A stretch of 64,000 nucleotides of DNA. Origin: Candidatus Woesebacteria bacterium (GTDB lineage: Bacteria > Patescibacteriota > Microgenomatia > UBA8517). Of the stretch, positions 46,324 through 57,177 are shown in pieces. Positions within the stretch are counted from its first letter, which is position 1, and every line of letters begins with the position of its first letter. The translations under genes and the position numbers were made by a program. The notes beneath the pieces are model-generated. The model ran no database searches. It had not been told where the DNA came from and saw only the letters and a list, made by a program, of their open reading frames with translations. The stretch covers positions 145,700 through 209,699 of the forward strand of contig DMZH01000002.1 of NCBI GenBank assembly GCA_003484955.1, read 5' to 3'.

Positions 46324-49300
46324 ATGTCTAAATTTGCCCATCTCCATGTTCACACAGAATATTCTCTCCTTGATGGCTTAAGCAACATTCCCAAACTCTT
46401 GACCTATGTAAAGGAAAACGAGATGGACTCTGTGGCAATTACCGATCATGGAGTAATGTACGGCGAAATTGAGTTTTACAAAGAGGCACAGAAACAGGGC
46501 GTCAAGCCGATAATTGGAATGGAAGGCTATATTACATCGGGAGACTTGAAGGATAGACCCGCAAGAGGACGGGTTAAAAATTATCACGTCATACTTTTAG
46601 CAAAAGACCATGAAGGATATCAAAATTTAATGAAAATTTCTTCGGTTGCCCACATCGACGGTTATTACTACCGACCACGAATGGACAGAAATACCCTTAA
46701 AAAATACTCTAAAGGGATAATCTGTTCTTCGGCGTGTCCCATGGGAGAGGTCGGGCAAGCTCTTTTGGAGGATAATTTTGATGAAGCTAAGAAAATCGTT
46801 TCCTGGTATTCAGATGTTTTCAAAGATGATTATTATTTGGAAATTCAAAGGCATGAATATGAAAAATGGATTGATAAGGCGGGAAACCAGGAAATTAAAA
46901 CGTATCTTACCGAAATGAGGGATAGTGAGAAAAAATGGAACAATGGAATTATCAAATTGAGCAGAGACCTGGGGATACCGCTTATGGCTACAAACGATGC
47001 TCATTATATAAAACCGGAAGATGCTACCGCACAAGATGCTCTTGTTTGTATTTCTACAGGCAAAACAATGGGTGACACAAAAAGAATGAGGTATATAGAT
47101 GCTCCCACTTTTTATCTAAGAACTCCCGATGAAATGAAAAATCTTTTTCCTGATGTTCCTGATGCATTGGAAAATACGGTAAAAATAGCTGAAAAATGTA
47201 ATTTGGAGATTACGCTTGGTAAATGGTATTTTCCAAAATTTGAGCTTCCCCAAGGAGTGACCGCCGATGAGGAATTAAGAAAGATGGCCAGAAATCTTTT
47301 GTCCGAAAAAGCCCCGGATACGGGCAAAGAAGGGAAAGAAAGACTGGAATATGAACTGGATATCATTTGCAAAAAGGGATATGCCCCGTATTTTTTGATA
47401 GTTCGCGACATTGTTCATTGGGCAAACAGCAAAGGAATTATTACCAATACAAGAGGATCTGCCGCCGGGAGTTTGGTTTCTTACGTTTTGGGTATTACTA
47501 CGGTTGATCCTCTTAAATACTACTTGCCTTTTGAAAGATTTTTGAATCCTTTCAGGCCATCTCCGCCGGATATTGACTTTGATGTGGCTGACGACCGCAG
47601 AAGCGACATTATTGGATATATAACAGATAAATATGGTAAAGAAAAAGTTGCCCAAATTTGCACTTTCGGAAGAATGTTAAGCCGCGCTGCCGTAAGAGAT
47701 GTCTCGAGGGTTTTGGGTTATCCATATTCCGTGGGAGATAAGATATCAAAAATGATTCCTCCGCCCAAGCAAGGTTTCCCGATAACAATAGATAAGGCAC
47801 TCGAGGAAGTTCCCGAATTGCGGACAATGTATGACACAGACACTGATACTAAAAAGGTTCTGGATTTGGCAATACAGATTGAGGGCAATGCCAGGCATGT
47901 TTCGGTTCACGCTGCGGGAGTTGTCGTTTCACCGAGTGAAATTACCGATTTTTCTCCGGTGCAAAAAGAACCTTCGGGAGACAAGATAATTACTCAGTAC
48001 GAAATGCATGCCTGTGAAGATGTTGGTTTAATTAAGTTTGACATTCTGGGAATAAGAAATTTATCCATACTTGGTGCAGCCGTAGATATTGTTAAAAAAG
48101 AGGTCGGAGTCAGTGTTGATCTGCATAGTATTCCTCTTGATGATAAAAAAACCTTCGACATGCTCGCAAGCGGCCAGACAATGGGTGTTTTCCAATTTGC
48201 CAGCGGTGGAATGACCAAGTACTTGGTTGAGCTTAAACCCACAAGAATAGAGGATCTCATGGCTATGGTTGCGCTTTATAGACCGGGTCCGATTTCTCAA
48301 ATTCCCGAATACATCAAAAGAAAACATAATTCCAAATTGGTTAAATATTTGGATCCCAGAATGGAAAAATTCCTTGGAATGTCTTATGGACTTATTGTCT
48401 ATCAGGATGATTTGCTTTTCTGCGCCCTTGATTTAGCCGGATATACCTGGGAAGAGGCTGACAAATTCAGAAAAGCAGTCGGTAAAAAAATTCCTGAAGA
48501 AATGGCCGCACAAAAGGAGAAATTTATTAAAGGTATTATTTCCAATGGCCAAACGGAGAGTTTTGCGGAAAACCTTTGGAAACTTTTTGAGCCTTTCCAA
48601 TCGTATGGTTTTAATAAAGCTCATGCAGCTTCATATGGAATGATTGCCTACCAAACCGCATATATGAAAGCAAACTATCCTGTTGAGTACATGGCAGCCC
48701 TTCTTACCGCAGAATCGGACGACAAAGAAAAAGTTTCGGCTGCAATTAACGAATGTAGGCGCATGAAGGTAAAGGTGCTTCCGCCGGACATAAACGAATC
48801 CGATATAGGATTTACCATTACGAACGATAAAGATTCATTGAACGGAAAAGCCATAAGGTTCGGACTTTCCGCGATCAAAAATGTGGGCCAAGCTGCAATT
48901 TCTTCAATTCTTTCTGCCAGAGCTGAAGGAAGGTTCGAATCTTTTGCCGGTTTTCTGGCAAGAGTTGATGGTAGAAAAATTAACAAAAGAGTATTGGAAA
49001 GTTTGATCAAGGTCGGCGCAATGTCCGCTTTCGGCGGCAGGGCAGCACTTCTTTCGGCAATGGACTCAATTCGTGATAAAGTCAGCGTACCTAAAAACGA
49101 TGACTTACAGCAAGGTCTTTTTGCAACAGGGGAACTTAAAAAAACCGAGGCCTCGACAGTTATAACAATTGCTAATATTCAGGAATTTCCGGATGAGGAG
49201 CTTGAGGCTCTTGAAAGACAACTACTGGGTTTTTCCCTAAGCGCTAAGCCGATTAGTGAGATTATCGGTCCCTTAGAGTTCCAATCTACCCATAAAATAA

Positions 49301-49800
49301 TTGAAATCATGGGTACCGAGATGCACGTGGATACTGTTCGGGTTGCCGCCGTTGTCGCAGGCGTTAGAGTTATTACGACTAAAAAAACAGGTGCTGAAAT
49401 GGCTTTTGCAAAGCTGGATGACGGAACCGGAACCATTGAGGTTGTTATTTTCCCTAAAACTTTTAAAGAAACAAGAGATTTTTGGAATGAGGGGCAGCCG
49501 CTTTTGGTAACCGGTAAAATTGACGTTCGTGACGAAACCCCGGGAATTATAGTTGATGCAATTGAAACGATAGGTAGCATCGGCGAGAAAAAATTCAGGG
49601 AAGTATATATGAATATTCCCAAGGACACCGATATAAATAGTCTCAAAAGGTTAAAGTTGCTACTCACTGAAAATATTGGGGATAAAGACGCTTACCTCGT
49701 TTTTGACGGAGGGCGAAATGTTAAGTTACCTTTCAAAATAAACTGGAATGAATCTCTTGCTCAAAAAATTAGCGACATCCTTGAAAACAAGTCTTCTTGA
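46324..49800 (+). CDS. dnaE: DNA polymerase III alpha subunit
   Basis: PHP domain HLHVHTEYSLLDG; 1158 aa with polymerase core and OB-fold regions. Confidence 0.85.
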   Translation: MSKFAHLHVHTEYSLLDGLSNIPKLLTYVKENEMDSVAITDHGVMYGEIEFYKEAQKQGVKPIIGMEGYITSGDLKDRPARGRVKNYHVILLAKDHEGYQNLMKISSVAHIDGYYYRPRMDRNTLKKYSKGIICSSACPMGEVGQALLEDNFDEAKKIVSWYSDVFKDDYYLEIQRHEYEKWIDKAGNQEIKTYLTEMRDSEKKWNNGIIKLSRDLGIPLMATNDAHYIKPEDATAQDALVCISTGKTMGDTKRMRYIDAPTFYLRTPDEMKNLFPDVPDALENTVKIAEKCNLEITLGKWYFPKFELPQGVTADEELRKMARNLLSEKAPDTGKEGKERLEYELDIICKKGYAPYFLIVRDIVHWANSKGIITNTRGSAAGSLVSYVLGITTVDPLKYYLPFERFLNPFRPSPPDIDFDVADDRRSDIIGYITDKYGKEKVAQICTFGRMLSRAAVRDVSRVLGYPYSVGDKISKMIPPPKQGFPITIDKALEEVPELRTMYDTDTDTKKVLDLAIQIEGNARHVSVHAAGVVVSPSEITDFSPVQKEPSGDKIITQYEMHACEDVGLIKFDILGIRNLSILGAAVDIVKKEVGVSVDLHSIPLDDKKTFDMLASGQTMGVFQFASGGMTKYLVELKPTRIEDLMAMVALYRPGPISQIPEYIKRKHNSKLVKYLDPRMEKFLGMSYGLIVYQDDLLFCALDLAGYTWEEADKFRKAVGKKIPEEMAAQKEKFIKGIISNGQTESFAENLWKLFEPFQSYGFNKAHAASYGMIAYQTAYMKANYPVEYMAALLTAESDDKEKVSAAINECRRMKVKVLPPDINESDIGFTITNDKDSLNGKAIRFGLSAIKNVGQAAISSILSARAEGRFESFAGFLARVDGRKINKRVLESLIKVGAMSAFGGRAALLSAMDSIRDKVSVPKNDDLQQGLFATGELKKTEASTVITIANIQEFPDEELEALERQLLGFSLSAKPISEIIGPLEFQSTHKIIEIMGTEMHVDTVRVAAVVAGVRVITTKKTGAEMAFAKLDDGTGTIEVVIFPKTFKETRDFWNEGQPLLVTGKIDVRDETPGIIVDAIETIGSIGEKKFREVYMNIPKDTDINSLKRLKLLLTENIGDKDAYLVFDGGRNVKLPFKINWNESLAQKISDILENKSS

Positions 49801-49832
49801 AGATAAAGCCGATTTCTTGTACAATAACGGTC

Positions 49833-50201
49833 ATGGCATTAAAAATTTCGATTAAAGAAACAGAGTTTGGTGTCGGAGACAGAATCCGTGTTGTCCAAAA
49901 AGTAAAAGACGGAGACAAATCCCGTGAATCTATTTTTGAAGGAATGGTTATTTCTATAAAAGGCCGAGAACCCGGAAAGACTTTTTTGGTCAGAAGAATT
50001 GGTGAGGCCGGAATCGGAATTGAACGTATCTTTCCTGTTAACCTTCCTTCCATAGATAAAATCATTGTAGTTAAAAGAGGAACGGAAGGGGTCAAAAGAT
50101 CCAAGCTTTATTACACCAGACTTAAAGCCCCGACAGAGATAGAAATGATTTACAAGAAAGCCGGTAGTAGGATTAAGAGTGGCTCCAAAGGTAATAAGTA
50201 A
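49833..50201 (+). CDS. rplS: 50S ribosomal protein L19 (start re-assigned to the internal Met MALKIS...)
   Basis: GDRIRVVQKVKDGDKSRESIFEGMVISIKGREPGKTFLVRRIGEAGIGIERIFPVNLPSIDKIIVVKRGTEGVKRSKLYYTR matches L19. The ORF-track start at 49797 overlaps dnaE. Confidence 0.75.
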   Translation: MALKISIKETEFGVGDRIRVVQKVKDGDKSRESIFEGMVISIKGREPGKTFLVRRIGEAGIGIERIFPVNLPSIDKIIVVKRGTEGVKRSKLYYTRLKAPTEIEMIYKKAGSRIKSGSKGNK

Positions 50202-50292
50202 GGGAGAAAACCCCCGTCAATCTTCTTGCACACATGTTCCAGATCGTCTACATTGGATATATGAAGCTTTTAAAAGGGGGTGACACTAGACA

Positions 50293-50556
50293 ATGAATTC
50301 ATACTGGAATGGATATACAGGTGCTTTTGTTCCCGGGGTTTTGGCAGGCTGGCTGAGTATGTTTGTAATTCCAATTGCAATCTGGAGTCTATTTTGGATG
50401 GGTATGGCTCTTTGGAAAGCTGCCAGAAACGGAAGTAAAGCTTGGTTCATAGTTTTACTCTTGGTACACACATTGGGAATTTTGGATATTCTTTATATTT
50501 TTGTATTTTCCAAAATGGGTGAGGCTAAACCAAAGCTTAGTAAAAAATCAAAATAA
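50293..50556 (+). CDS. Small membrane protein (two TM helices), hypothetical
   Basis: Hydrophobic 87-aa ORF. Confidence 0.3.
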   Translation: MNSYWNGYTGAFVPGVLAGWLSMFVIPIAIWSLFWMGMALWKAARNGSKAWFIVLLLVHTLGILDILYIFVFSKMGEAKPKLSKKSK

Positions 50557-50673
50557 CTCTTAATTGGATACTTTTTTGATTGGCAGTTTACTGTCACCAT
50601 AAACTTGTTCTTAGTTTAATTGTGATAAATGCCTGCCCGTTCTATTTCTTCCAATCCTGTTATAATGTAGCTA

Positions 50674-51189
50674 ATGTTAATCTTAGGAATTGATCCAGGA
50701 ACGGCCACGACTGGGTTTGGGCTTGTCAGACTTAACGGAAATGGAAATGAAGTGGTTGAGTGGGGACTCATCGAAACGGACAAAAGCCTTCTCAAAGAAA
50801 GACGCCTCGACTTTATTTTTGAAGAAACAGTAAGCCTCATTAACAGACACAAACCCGATGTTTTTGTCTTTGAAAAAATCTTTTTCTCCAATAATGCCAA
50901 AACTGCAATTGCCGTGGGACAAGCTCAGGGAGTAATGCTTTTGGCAGCCTCAAAAACCAAGGTTAGAGTTGAAGAATATGCACCTGGTACAATTAAAAAA
51001 ATGATTACGGGAAACGGTCGTGCAAACAAAAAGGATGTCCAAGCTTCAATTAGAAAGATTTTGGGAAATCGTGTAAAAAGCGCCAAGCATAAAAAGACTC
51101 ATTTTGACGATGCCGCCGATGCACTAGCCATTGCCCTAACTCATGCATTTAAAATTGGTGAAGGAAAGGGGGTGAGTGAAGCTGTTTAA
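50674..51189 (+). CDS. ruvC: Crossover junction endodeoxyribonuclease RuvC
   Basis: MLILGIDPGTATTGFGLV and FVFEKIFF...E catalytic acidic residues. Confidence 0.8.
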   Translation: MLILGIDPGTATTGFGLVRLNGNGNEVVEWGLIETDKSLLKERRLDFIFEETVSLINRHKPDVFVFEKIFFSNNAKTAIAVGQAQGVMLLAASKTKVRVEEYAPGTIKKMITGNGRANKKDVQASIRKILGNRVKSAKHKKTHFDDAADALAIALTHAFKIGEGKGVSEAV

Positions 51190-51427
51190 AATCGGTCACG
51201 TAGTCCATTTTTACGATAAAATCGGTGTAGCCATAGTTGAGCTTGATGGCACTCTTGCTGTAGGAGACAAAATTAAATTTAGCCGAGGAGGGGAAGACTT
51301 ATTTGAGCAAAATGTCGATTCGATCCAGATTGAACATGAAAAAAAGGATTCCGCAGGGAAAGGAGATGTGGTAGGATTGAAGACTAATGAGGAGGTTAAA
51401 GAAGGGGTCGAAGTTTTCAAAATTTAA
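51176..51427 (+). CDS. Hypothetical small beta-barrel protein (EF-Tu domain-2-like?)
   Basis: 83 aa, VGDKIKF...GDVVGLKT pattern. Confidence 0.25.
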   Translation: MKLFKIGHVVHFYDKIGVAIVELDGTLAVGDKIKFSRGGEDLFEQNVDSIQIEHEKKDSAGKGDVVGLKTNEEVKEGVEVFKI

Positions 51428-51803
51428 TTGGCAGGAAGCTCCTGATATTAAAACGCGTGTTTTAACCTTAATGGAGGGGCTTCGGCTTGATTATCTTCTC
51501 GGAGAGAGACTGTTTTTTTACCGTTCTCAAGGATCAAAAGCCAGAGCCTATGCCAGGACTTGGGGTTTGCCTAAAATCTGGCAGCATGCGTTAGGAACAG
51601 AACCTGCTTATATAATTGAGGTCATTTCGGGGTATTTTGATAAACTTTCCCCAAAAGAACAGGACAAAGTACTTCTTCACGAAATAAGCCATATCCCAAA
51701 AAATTTTTCAGGGGCTTTGGTTCCTCACACCAGACACGGGAAAGGAAGTTTCAAAGGTAAACTTGAAATTTTAATTGATAAATATTTTGAAAGTTATGAC
51801 TAA
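51387..51803 (+). CDS. Putative zinc metallopeptidase-like protein (HExxH)
   Basis: VLLHEISHIP (HEISH). Confidence 0.3.
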   Translation: MRRLKKGSKFSKFNWQEAPDIKTRVLTLMEGLRLDYLLGERLFFYRSQGSKARAYARTWGLPKIWQHALGTEPAYIIEVISGYFDKLSPKEQDKVLLHEISHIPKNFSGALVPHTRHGKGSFKGKLEILIDKYFESYD

Positions 51804-52478
51804 ATGAAAATAATTATTTTACATGGTGATGATATCGGAAAAAGTTATCTGCGCCTTAAAAAGTTTATTGATGTGGCAAGAGAGAGATCCTGGGAGGTCT
51901 CCTACATTGATGAATCCAATCAAAACTTTGAAGAGGTTTTATCGGCCTCATCGCTTTTTGGAACTGAACAGTTTTTTATTTTGAAAGACATAAAAAAACT
52001 TGGTAAAAAAGAATTTGTTTGGCTAAACAAAAAATATAAAGAACTTCCGGGAAATTTAATAATTTATTTTGAGGGCACGCTAAATGCCACCATACTTAAA
52101 AGTTTTCCGGATGATTCAAAAATTGAGGAGTTTAAACTTCCGGTACTTCTTTGGAATTTTCTTGACAACCTCATTCCAGGAAGGTCGGAATACTCAGTTA
52201 AAACTCTACACAAAATTCTGGAAAAAGAACCGGTTGAATTTGTTTTTTCCCTAATTGCGAGGCATTTTAAAGATCTTTACTGGGTCAAGGTAGATGCTGC
52301 CTCAACCGGATTTCCTTTTTGGAAAATGAATAAACTAAAATCTCAAACATCAAAATTTACCTCGGAAAAGTTACGACAGTTCATTGACCTTTTGAGTAAA
52401 ATGGATATCGAGGTAAAAACTTCAAAGGCAAATCTTGAAGATGAACTTGACCTTCTTATCATTAAACAATTAGAATGA
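51804..52478 (+). CDS. holA: DNA polymerase III delta subunit-like
   Basis: Size and LSASSLFGTEQFFILKD plus a C-terminal helical domain resembling HolA. Confidence 0.45.
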   Translation: MKIIILHGDDIGKSYLRLKKFIDVARERSWEVSYIDESNQNFEEVLSASSLFGTEQFFILKDIKKLGKKEFVWLNKKYKELPGNLIIYFEGTLNATILKSFPDDSKIEEFKLPVLLWNFLDNLIPGRSEYSVKTLHKILEKEPVEFVFSLIARHFKDLYWVKVDAASTGFPFWKMNKLKSQTSKFTSEKLRQFIDLLSKMDIEVKTSKANLEDELDLLIIKQLE

Positions 52479-53842
52479 TAGCATCTGAAATGACAATCGA
52501 TTCTTCAATTTTTAAAGCATACGATATCAGAGGAATTTATCCCGGTTCCATTAACGAAGACATTGCTTACGCCATTGGTCAGGGCTACGCCGATTTTGCC
52601 AAACCTGAAGGGGAAGTGATGATAGGTATGGATATAAGACTTCATTCCAAGGCTCTCAAAGATAGCGTCATCAAGGGGCTTACAGATGCCGGCATCGATG
52701 TGGTGGATGTGGGCTTTATGTCAACCGATATGCTTTATTTCGGTGTCGGGAACTATAAATTCGGAGGGGGACTTCAATCTACCGCTTCACACAATCCTCC
52801 CGAGTGGCACGGCTTAAAAATGGTTGAAAAAGGCCCTACACCAATGACACTGGAGCACGGAATCGGACAAGTCCGCGATTTTGTACTTAGTGGTAAAACA
52901 GTTAACGCCGATAAAAAAGGCAGTGTCAGAAAAATGGACATCTGGGAAGACTACTGTAAGCACATTTTAAGTTGGATCGATGTCACCAAGATAAAACCCA
53001 TGAAAGTTGTATTAAATCCCAATTTTGGATTGGGAGGAAAAATATTTGAAAAAATTGTTGAAATGGGAAAACTTCCTCTAGAACTAATCAAATTAAACTT
53101 TGAACCAGATGGCAATTTCCCTAAAGGACGCCCTGATCCTTTCATCCCTGAAAACAGAGTGGAATTTTCAGAACTTGTCAAAACTAGCGGTGCTGATTTG
53201 GGAATCACTTGGGATGCCGATTCCGACCGGGTCTTCTTCTGTGCCGATGGCGGCCTTTTCGTTGAGCCGTATTTTTTGAACACAATACTTATCAAACAAA
53301 TGTTGAAAAAGCATCCCAATGAAAAGATTGTCTATGATCCCAGATATACATGGGCACTTCTGGATGCAATCAAAGAAAATGGAGGTACACCCACCATTAG
53401 TAGGGTTGGCCATTCCTACATTAAGGAGATTTTAAAGGGACAAAATGCACTTTTTGGGGCAGAAAGTAGCGGGCATACATACTATCGTGATTATTGGTAT
53501 TCGGATTGCGGCATGATCCCTCCGATGCAGGTTTTGGAGTATTTAAGTGAAACAGGAGAAAAACTGTCGAATATTATGGCGCCGGTACTTTCCAAATATT
53601 TTATATCCGGTGAAATTAACAGTGACGTATCCGATAAAGAGGGAAAAATGAACGAAATAGCCCAGAAGTATTCAGATGCCGAAGTCTCCAGACTCGACGG
53701 AGTGGCAGTTGAATATCCGGATTATCGTTTTTGCGTCAGGCCAAGCAATACAGAATCTCTTTTACGTCTGACTTTGGAAGCCAAATCAAAAGAGTTAATG
53801 GAACAAAAAAGAGACGAAGTTTTAGCAATAATCAGAAGTTAA
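52475..53842 (+). CDS. Phosphomannomutase/phosphoglucomutase (archaeal-type alpha-D-phosphohexomutase)
   Basis: Active-site loop TASHNPPEWHGLKM, metal-binding DADSDR and sugar-binding GAESSGH. Confidence 0.75.
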   Translation: MIASEMTIDSSIFKAYDIRGIYPGSINEDIAYAIGQGYADFAKPEGEVMIGMDIRLHSKALKDSVIKGLTDAGIDVVDVGFMSTDMLYFGVGNYKFGGGLQSTASHNPPEWHGLKMVEKGPTPMTLEHGIGQVRDFVLSGKTVNADKKGSVRKMDIWEDYCKHILSWIDVTKIKPMKVVLNPNFGLGGKIFEKIVEMGKLPLELIKLNFEPDGNFPKGRPDPFIPENRVEFSELVKTSGADLGITWDADSDRVFFCADGGLFVEPYFLNTILIKQMLKKHPNEKIVYDPRYTWALLDAIKENGGTPTISRVGHSYIKEILKGQNALFGAESSGHTYYRDYWYSDCGMIPPMQVLEYLSETGEKLSNIMAPVLSKYFISGEINSDVSDKEGKMNEIAQKYSDAEVSRLDGVAVEYPDYRFCVRPSNTESLLRLTLEAKSKELMEQKRDEVLAIIRS

Positions 53843-53843
53843 T

Positions 53844-54857
53844 ATGAAAGACTCTCTTGGAATTGAAAAAGCGTTGACACTTTTTCCCGATCAGCTTAAG
53901 GAAGCCTGGGGTCAGGCGACCTCAAATGATCTGCTAAAAATTACTTCCCAAAAGATAATAATTAGTGGAATGGGCGGCTCTTCACTCGCTGGAAGGATCA
54001 TTTCTTCCATTAATGAAAGTGGGGGTAATACCGAAATAGTTGTTTTTAATGATTACGGACTTCCCGGTTATGTTGATTCTTCCTGGACACTTATCGCTAA
54101 TAGTTATTCGGGTAATACCGAAGAGACTCTCTCGGCAATTGATGTAGCCAAATCCCGCGGGGTAAAAATTTACGCTGTATCAACCGGTGGCAAAATCGGA
54201 GAGATGATCAAATCCGGTGAAATTTACGGAGTAATTTTGACTCCTACCACAAATCCGTCTAATTACCCCAAATCAGCATTGGGAATTTCACTGGGCGGTC
54301 TTCTTGGCCTCATGTCCAAGGCGGGTGTGATTGGTTTAAGTGATGAAGAATTTCAAAAATCGATCGAGGAACTGATAGAGATCAGGAAAAATTGGGATGT
54401 AAAGTCAATGGCTCAAAAAATGAACCAGAAAATCCCTGCGCTTATTGCCGCGCGACCCTTACTAGGTTCTCTTCATGCGGGAAGAAATGTAATAAATGAA
54501 ATAGGCCGTACGTTTGCATCTTTCTTTGATCTACCGGAACTTGATCATCATTTGGTTGAAGCGACAATGTTCCCCAAAAATTTATTCAAAGATATTTATT
54601 ATTTATTTTTTGTAAGCGATTTATATTCTGAAAGAATTAAAACCAGAATCAAAATTACCAAAGATTTATTTGCGGAACAGGAACTAAATTTCGGTGAAAT
54701 AAAACTTACCGGTTCGAATTCTTTAACCCAGGCTTTTGAGATACCCCATTATTGCGCCTGGCTGGCATTTTACATTTCCGAACTGAACGGGGAGGATCCG
54801 GGACCAGAACCCTGGATTTTAAAACTTAAGAGTGAACTTTCCCAGCCTGTACACTAA
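53844..54857 (+). CDS. Bifunctional phosphoglucose/phosphomannose isomerase (SIS domain, archaeal-type)
   Basis: ISGMGGSSLAGRII SIS motif; 337 aa. Confidence 0.6.
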   Translation: MKDSLGIEKALTLFPDQLKEAWGQATSNDLLKITSQKIIISGMGGSSLAGRIISSINESGGNTEIVVFNDYGLPGYVDSSWTLIANSYSGNTEETLSAIDVAKSRGVKIYAVSTGGKIGEMIKSGEIYGVILTPTTNPSNYPKSALGISLGGLLGLMSKAGVIGLSDEEFQKSIEELIEIRKNWDVKSMAQKMNQKIPALIAARPLLGSLHAGRNVINEIGRTFASFFDLPELDHHLVEATMFPKNLFKDIYYLFFVSDLYSERIKTRIKITKDLFAEQELNFGEIKLTGSNSLTQAFEIPHYCAWLAFYISELNGEDPGPEPWILKLKSELSQPVH

Positions 54858-54902
54858 GCACCTCTTTACCTTTTAGCGTTTACCTTTTACCATGTATGTA
54901 GT

Positions 54903-57170
54903 ATGTCCAAGCTGCCCATTGTTGTAAACTTCCGCGATATTGGTAAATCCGATACCCCTCTTGTCGGTGGAAAAGGCGCCAATTTGGGAGAAATTTATAA
55001 TGCAGGTTTTCCTGTTCCACCCGGGTTTGCCATTACAGTCGTCGGGTACGACCTGTTTTTGAAAGAAAACGACTTAATCAACAAAATCTACAGCACTCTG
55101 AAGCCTCTTGATGTCAACGATCCGGCACAGCTAGAGCAAGCCGCCGGGAAAATTCGCAAACTAATTCTTAACGGCAAAATTCCGGATGAAGTTGCCCAAA
55201 AAACAATATCCGCTTACAAAAAACTATCCGGTTTTATGAAAAACGCCTTGGTTGCAGTCAGATCATCGGCAACAGCTGAAGACATGGCCGGCACAAGCTT
55301 TGCGGGTCAGCAGGAAACTTTCCTTGATATCAAAGGAGAAGCAAATTTGCTCAATGCGGTTAGAGGGTGTTGGGCATCTCTATTTTTAGGCCGTTCCATA
55401 TACTATCGCGTCGAAAATAAAATTCCACACGAAAAGGTTAAAATCTCCGTGGTTATCCAGAAAATGGTTCAAAGTGAAGTTTCCGGTGTTATGTTTTCTA
55501 TAGATCCTGTTAAAAACGATAAAGATAGAATAATTATCGAGTCGGTTTGGGGACTTGGCGAAATGATAGTACAGGGCTCGGTCGTACCTGACACATACGT
55601 GGTTCAAAAAGATACTTTTGCAATCCTTTCCAAAGAAATTTCAGATCAATCCATTCAGCTCGTCAAACTTAAAAATAAAACCAAAGAGGTTGAAGTGCCA
55701 AAACGTCTAAGAGATAAACAAAAAATTACGGATAAAGAAATAGTTGCTTTGGCAAAGTTTTCCGATAAACTTCAAAAGCATTATTATTTTCCACAGGATA
55801 CCGAGTGGGCGTTGGAAAATGGAAAGCTTTACATAGTTCAAACCAGACCGGTAACTACAGTTGCGCAAACTGCCAAGTCTGTAAAATTAAATAAGGGAAA
55901 TATTAAGATAGCAGAGGCCCCAATCTTAAGCGGAAGCCCGGCCTCTCCGGGTACGGGAACGGGTCCCGTGAGGATTCTCAAATCTCCCAAAGAAATCGAT
56001 AAAATTAAAAAGGGTGACGTATTGGTAGCCCCCATGACCTCTCCGGATTATGTTCCTGCAATGAAAAAGTCTGCCGCGATTGTAACCGACCAGGGCGGGC
56101 AAACATCACACGCTGCAATTGTTTCAAGAGAACTGGGGATTCCTTGCGTGGTAGGAACCGAAAACGCAACCAAAACTTTAAAAGATGGCCAAATAGTAAC
56201 GGTTGACGGAGAGCTGGGTAAAATCTTTTTAGGAGCAGGTATAAAGAAAACAGAAGAGGAAAAAGCCGAGGCGGTAAAGCCAAAATTCTCAAAAGTTAAA
56301 ACAGCAACAAAAGTCTATGTAAATTTGGCTCAACCCGAAAGGGCGGGGGAAATAGCTAAAATGAATGTCGACGGAGTCGGACTTCTCAGGGCCGAATTTA
56401 TGATTGCCAACATCGGAATTCATCCTAAAGAGGCAATTAAGAGAAAGGAACAAGGTAAATTTATTACAAAATTATCAAATGACCTTTTGGCATTTTGTAA
56501 AGCTTTCTACCCCAGACCCATTATTTATAGAGCGACGGACTTCAAAACCAATGAATATAGAAGTCTTGCGGGTGGAAAGTTTTGGGAACCTGTGGAACCC
56601 AATCCAATGCTTGGTTTTAGAGGAGCCTTCAGATATGTTGCAAACCCTGAAGTTTTTAACCTTGAACTTCAGGCTATTAAAAATGTCAGGGAAAAATATG
56701 AAAATTTACATTTAATGATTCCTTTTGTCAGGTCTCCCGAAGAGCTGTCGCGCGTAAGGCGCTTGGTTGCAAGCGGCGGACTTTTCGAAAAGCCTACTTT
56801 TAAGTTTTGGATGATGGTCGAAATTCCTGTGAACGTTATTCAAATTGAGGATTTTATAAAAGTCGGGATTGACGGAGTTTCTATTGGAAGCAATGATTTG
56901 ACAATGCTTATTGAAGGAACGGATAGAGATAACTCTGAAGTTGCCAGTGAATTTAACGAAATGACTCCGGCCGTTTTGTGGGCTTTAAAGCGGGTAATTA
57001 CAAAGTGCGATGAAGCGGGTGTTACGTCTTCGATTTGCGGTCAAGCACCCAGTGAATATGAAGATTTAGTTAAAAAGTTGGTCCGTTGGGGAATAACCAG
57101 TGTTTCGATTAACCCTGACTCTGTCGATAGAGTTCGTGGTATTGTCGCTGAAGCGGAAAAAGAAATATAA
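54903..57170 (+). CDS. ppsA: Phosphoenolpyruvate synthase (pyruvate, water dikinase)
   Basis: ATP-grasp N-terminus, phospho-His domain GGQTSHAAIVSRELGIPCVVG, and a C-terminal PEP-utilising TIM barrel. Confidence 0.8.
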   Translation: MSKLPIVVNFRDIGKSDTPLVGGKGANLGEIYNAGFPVPPGFAITVVGYDLFLKENDLINKIYSTLKPLDVNDPAQLEQAAGKIRKLILNGKIPDEVAQKTISAYKKLSGFMKNALVAVRSSATAEDMAGTSFAGQQETFLDIKGEANLLNAVRGCWASLFLGRSIYYRVENKIPHEKVKISVVIQKMVQSEVSGVMFSIDPVKNDKDRIIIESVWGLGEMIVQGSVVPDTYVVQKDTFAILSKEISDQSIQLVKLKNKTKEVEVPKRLRDKQKITDKEIVALAKFSDKLQKHYYFPQDTEWALENGKLYIVQTRPVTTVAQTAKSVKLNKGNIKIAEAPILSGSPASPGTGTGPVRILKSPKEIDKIKKGDVLVAPMTSPDYVPAMKKSAAIVTDQGGQTSHAAIVSRELGIPCVVGTENATKTLKDGQIVTVDGELGKIFLGAGIKKTEEEKAEAVKPKFSKVKTATKVYVNLAQPERAGEIAKMNVDGVGLLRAEFMIANIGIHPKEAIKRKEQGKFITKLSNDLLAFCKAFYPRPIIYRATDFKTNEYRSLAGGKFWEPVEPNPMLGFRGAFRYVANPEVFNLELQAIKNVREKYENLHLMIPFVRSPEELSRVRRLVASGGLFEKPTFKFWMMVEIPVNVIQIEDFIKVGIDGVSIGSNDLTMLIEGTDRDNSEVASEFNEMTPAVLWALKRVITKCDEAGVTSSICGQAPSEYEDLVKKLVRWGITSVSINPDSVDRVRGIVAEAEKEI

Positions 57171-57177
57171 TAATTTT

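Noticed and set aside
49797-49835. L19 N-terminal extension MKIKPISCTITV overlapping the dnaE stop
   Set aside because: The conserved L19 sequence starts at the second Met (MALKIS...). The upstream 12 codons overlap dnaE and are unlikely to be translated.
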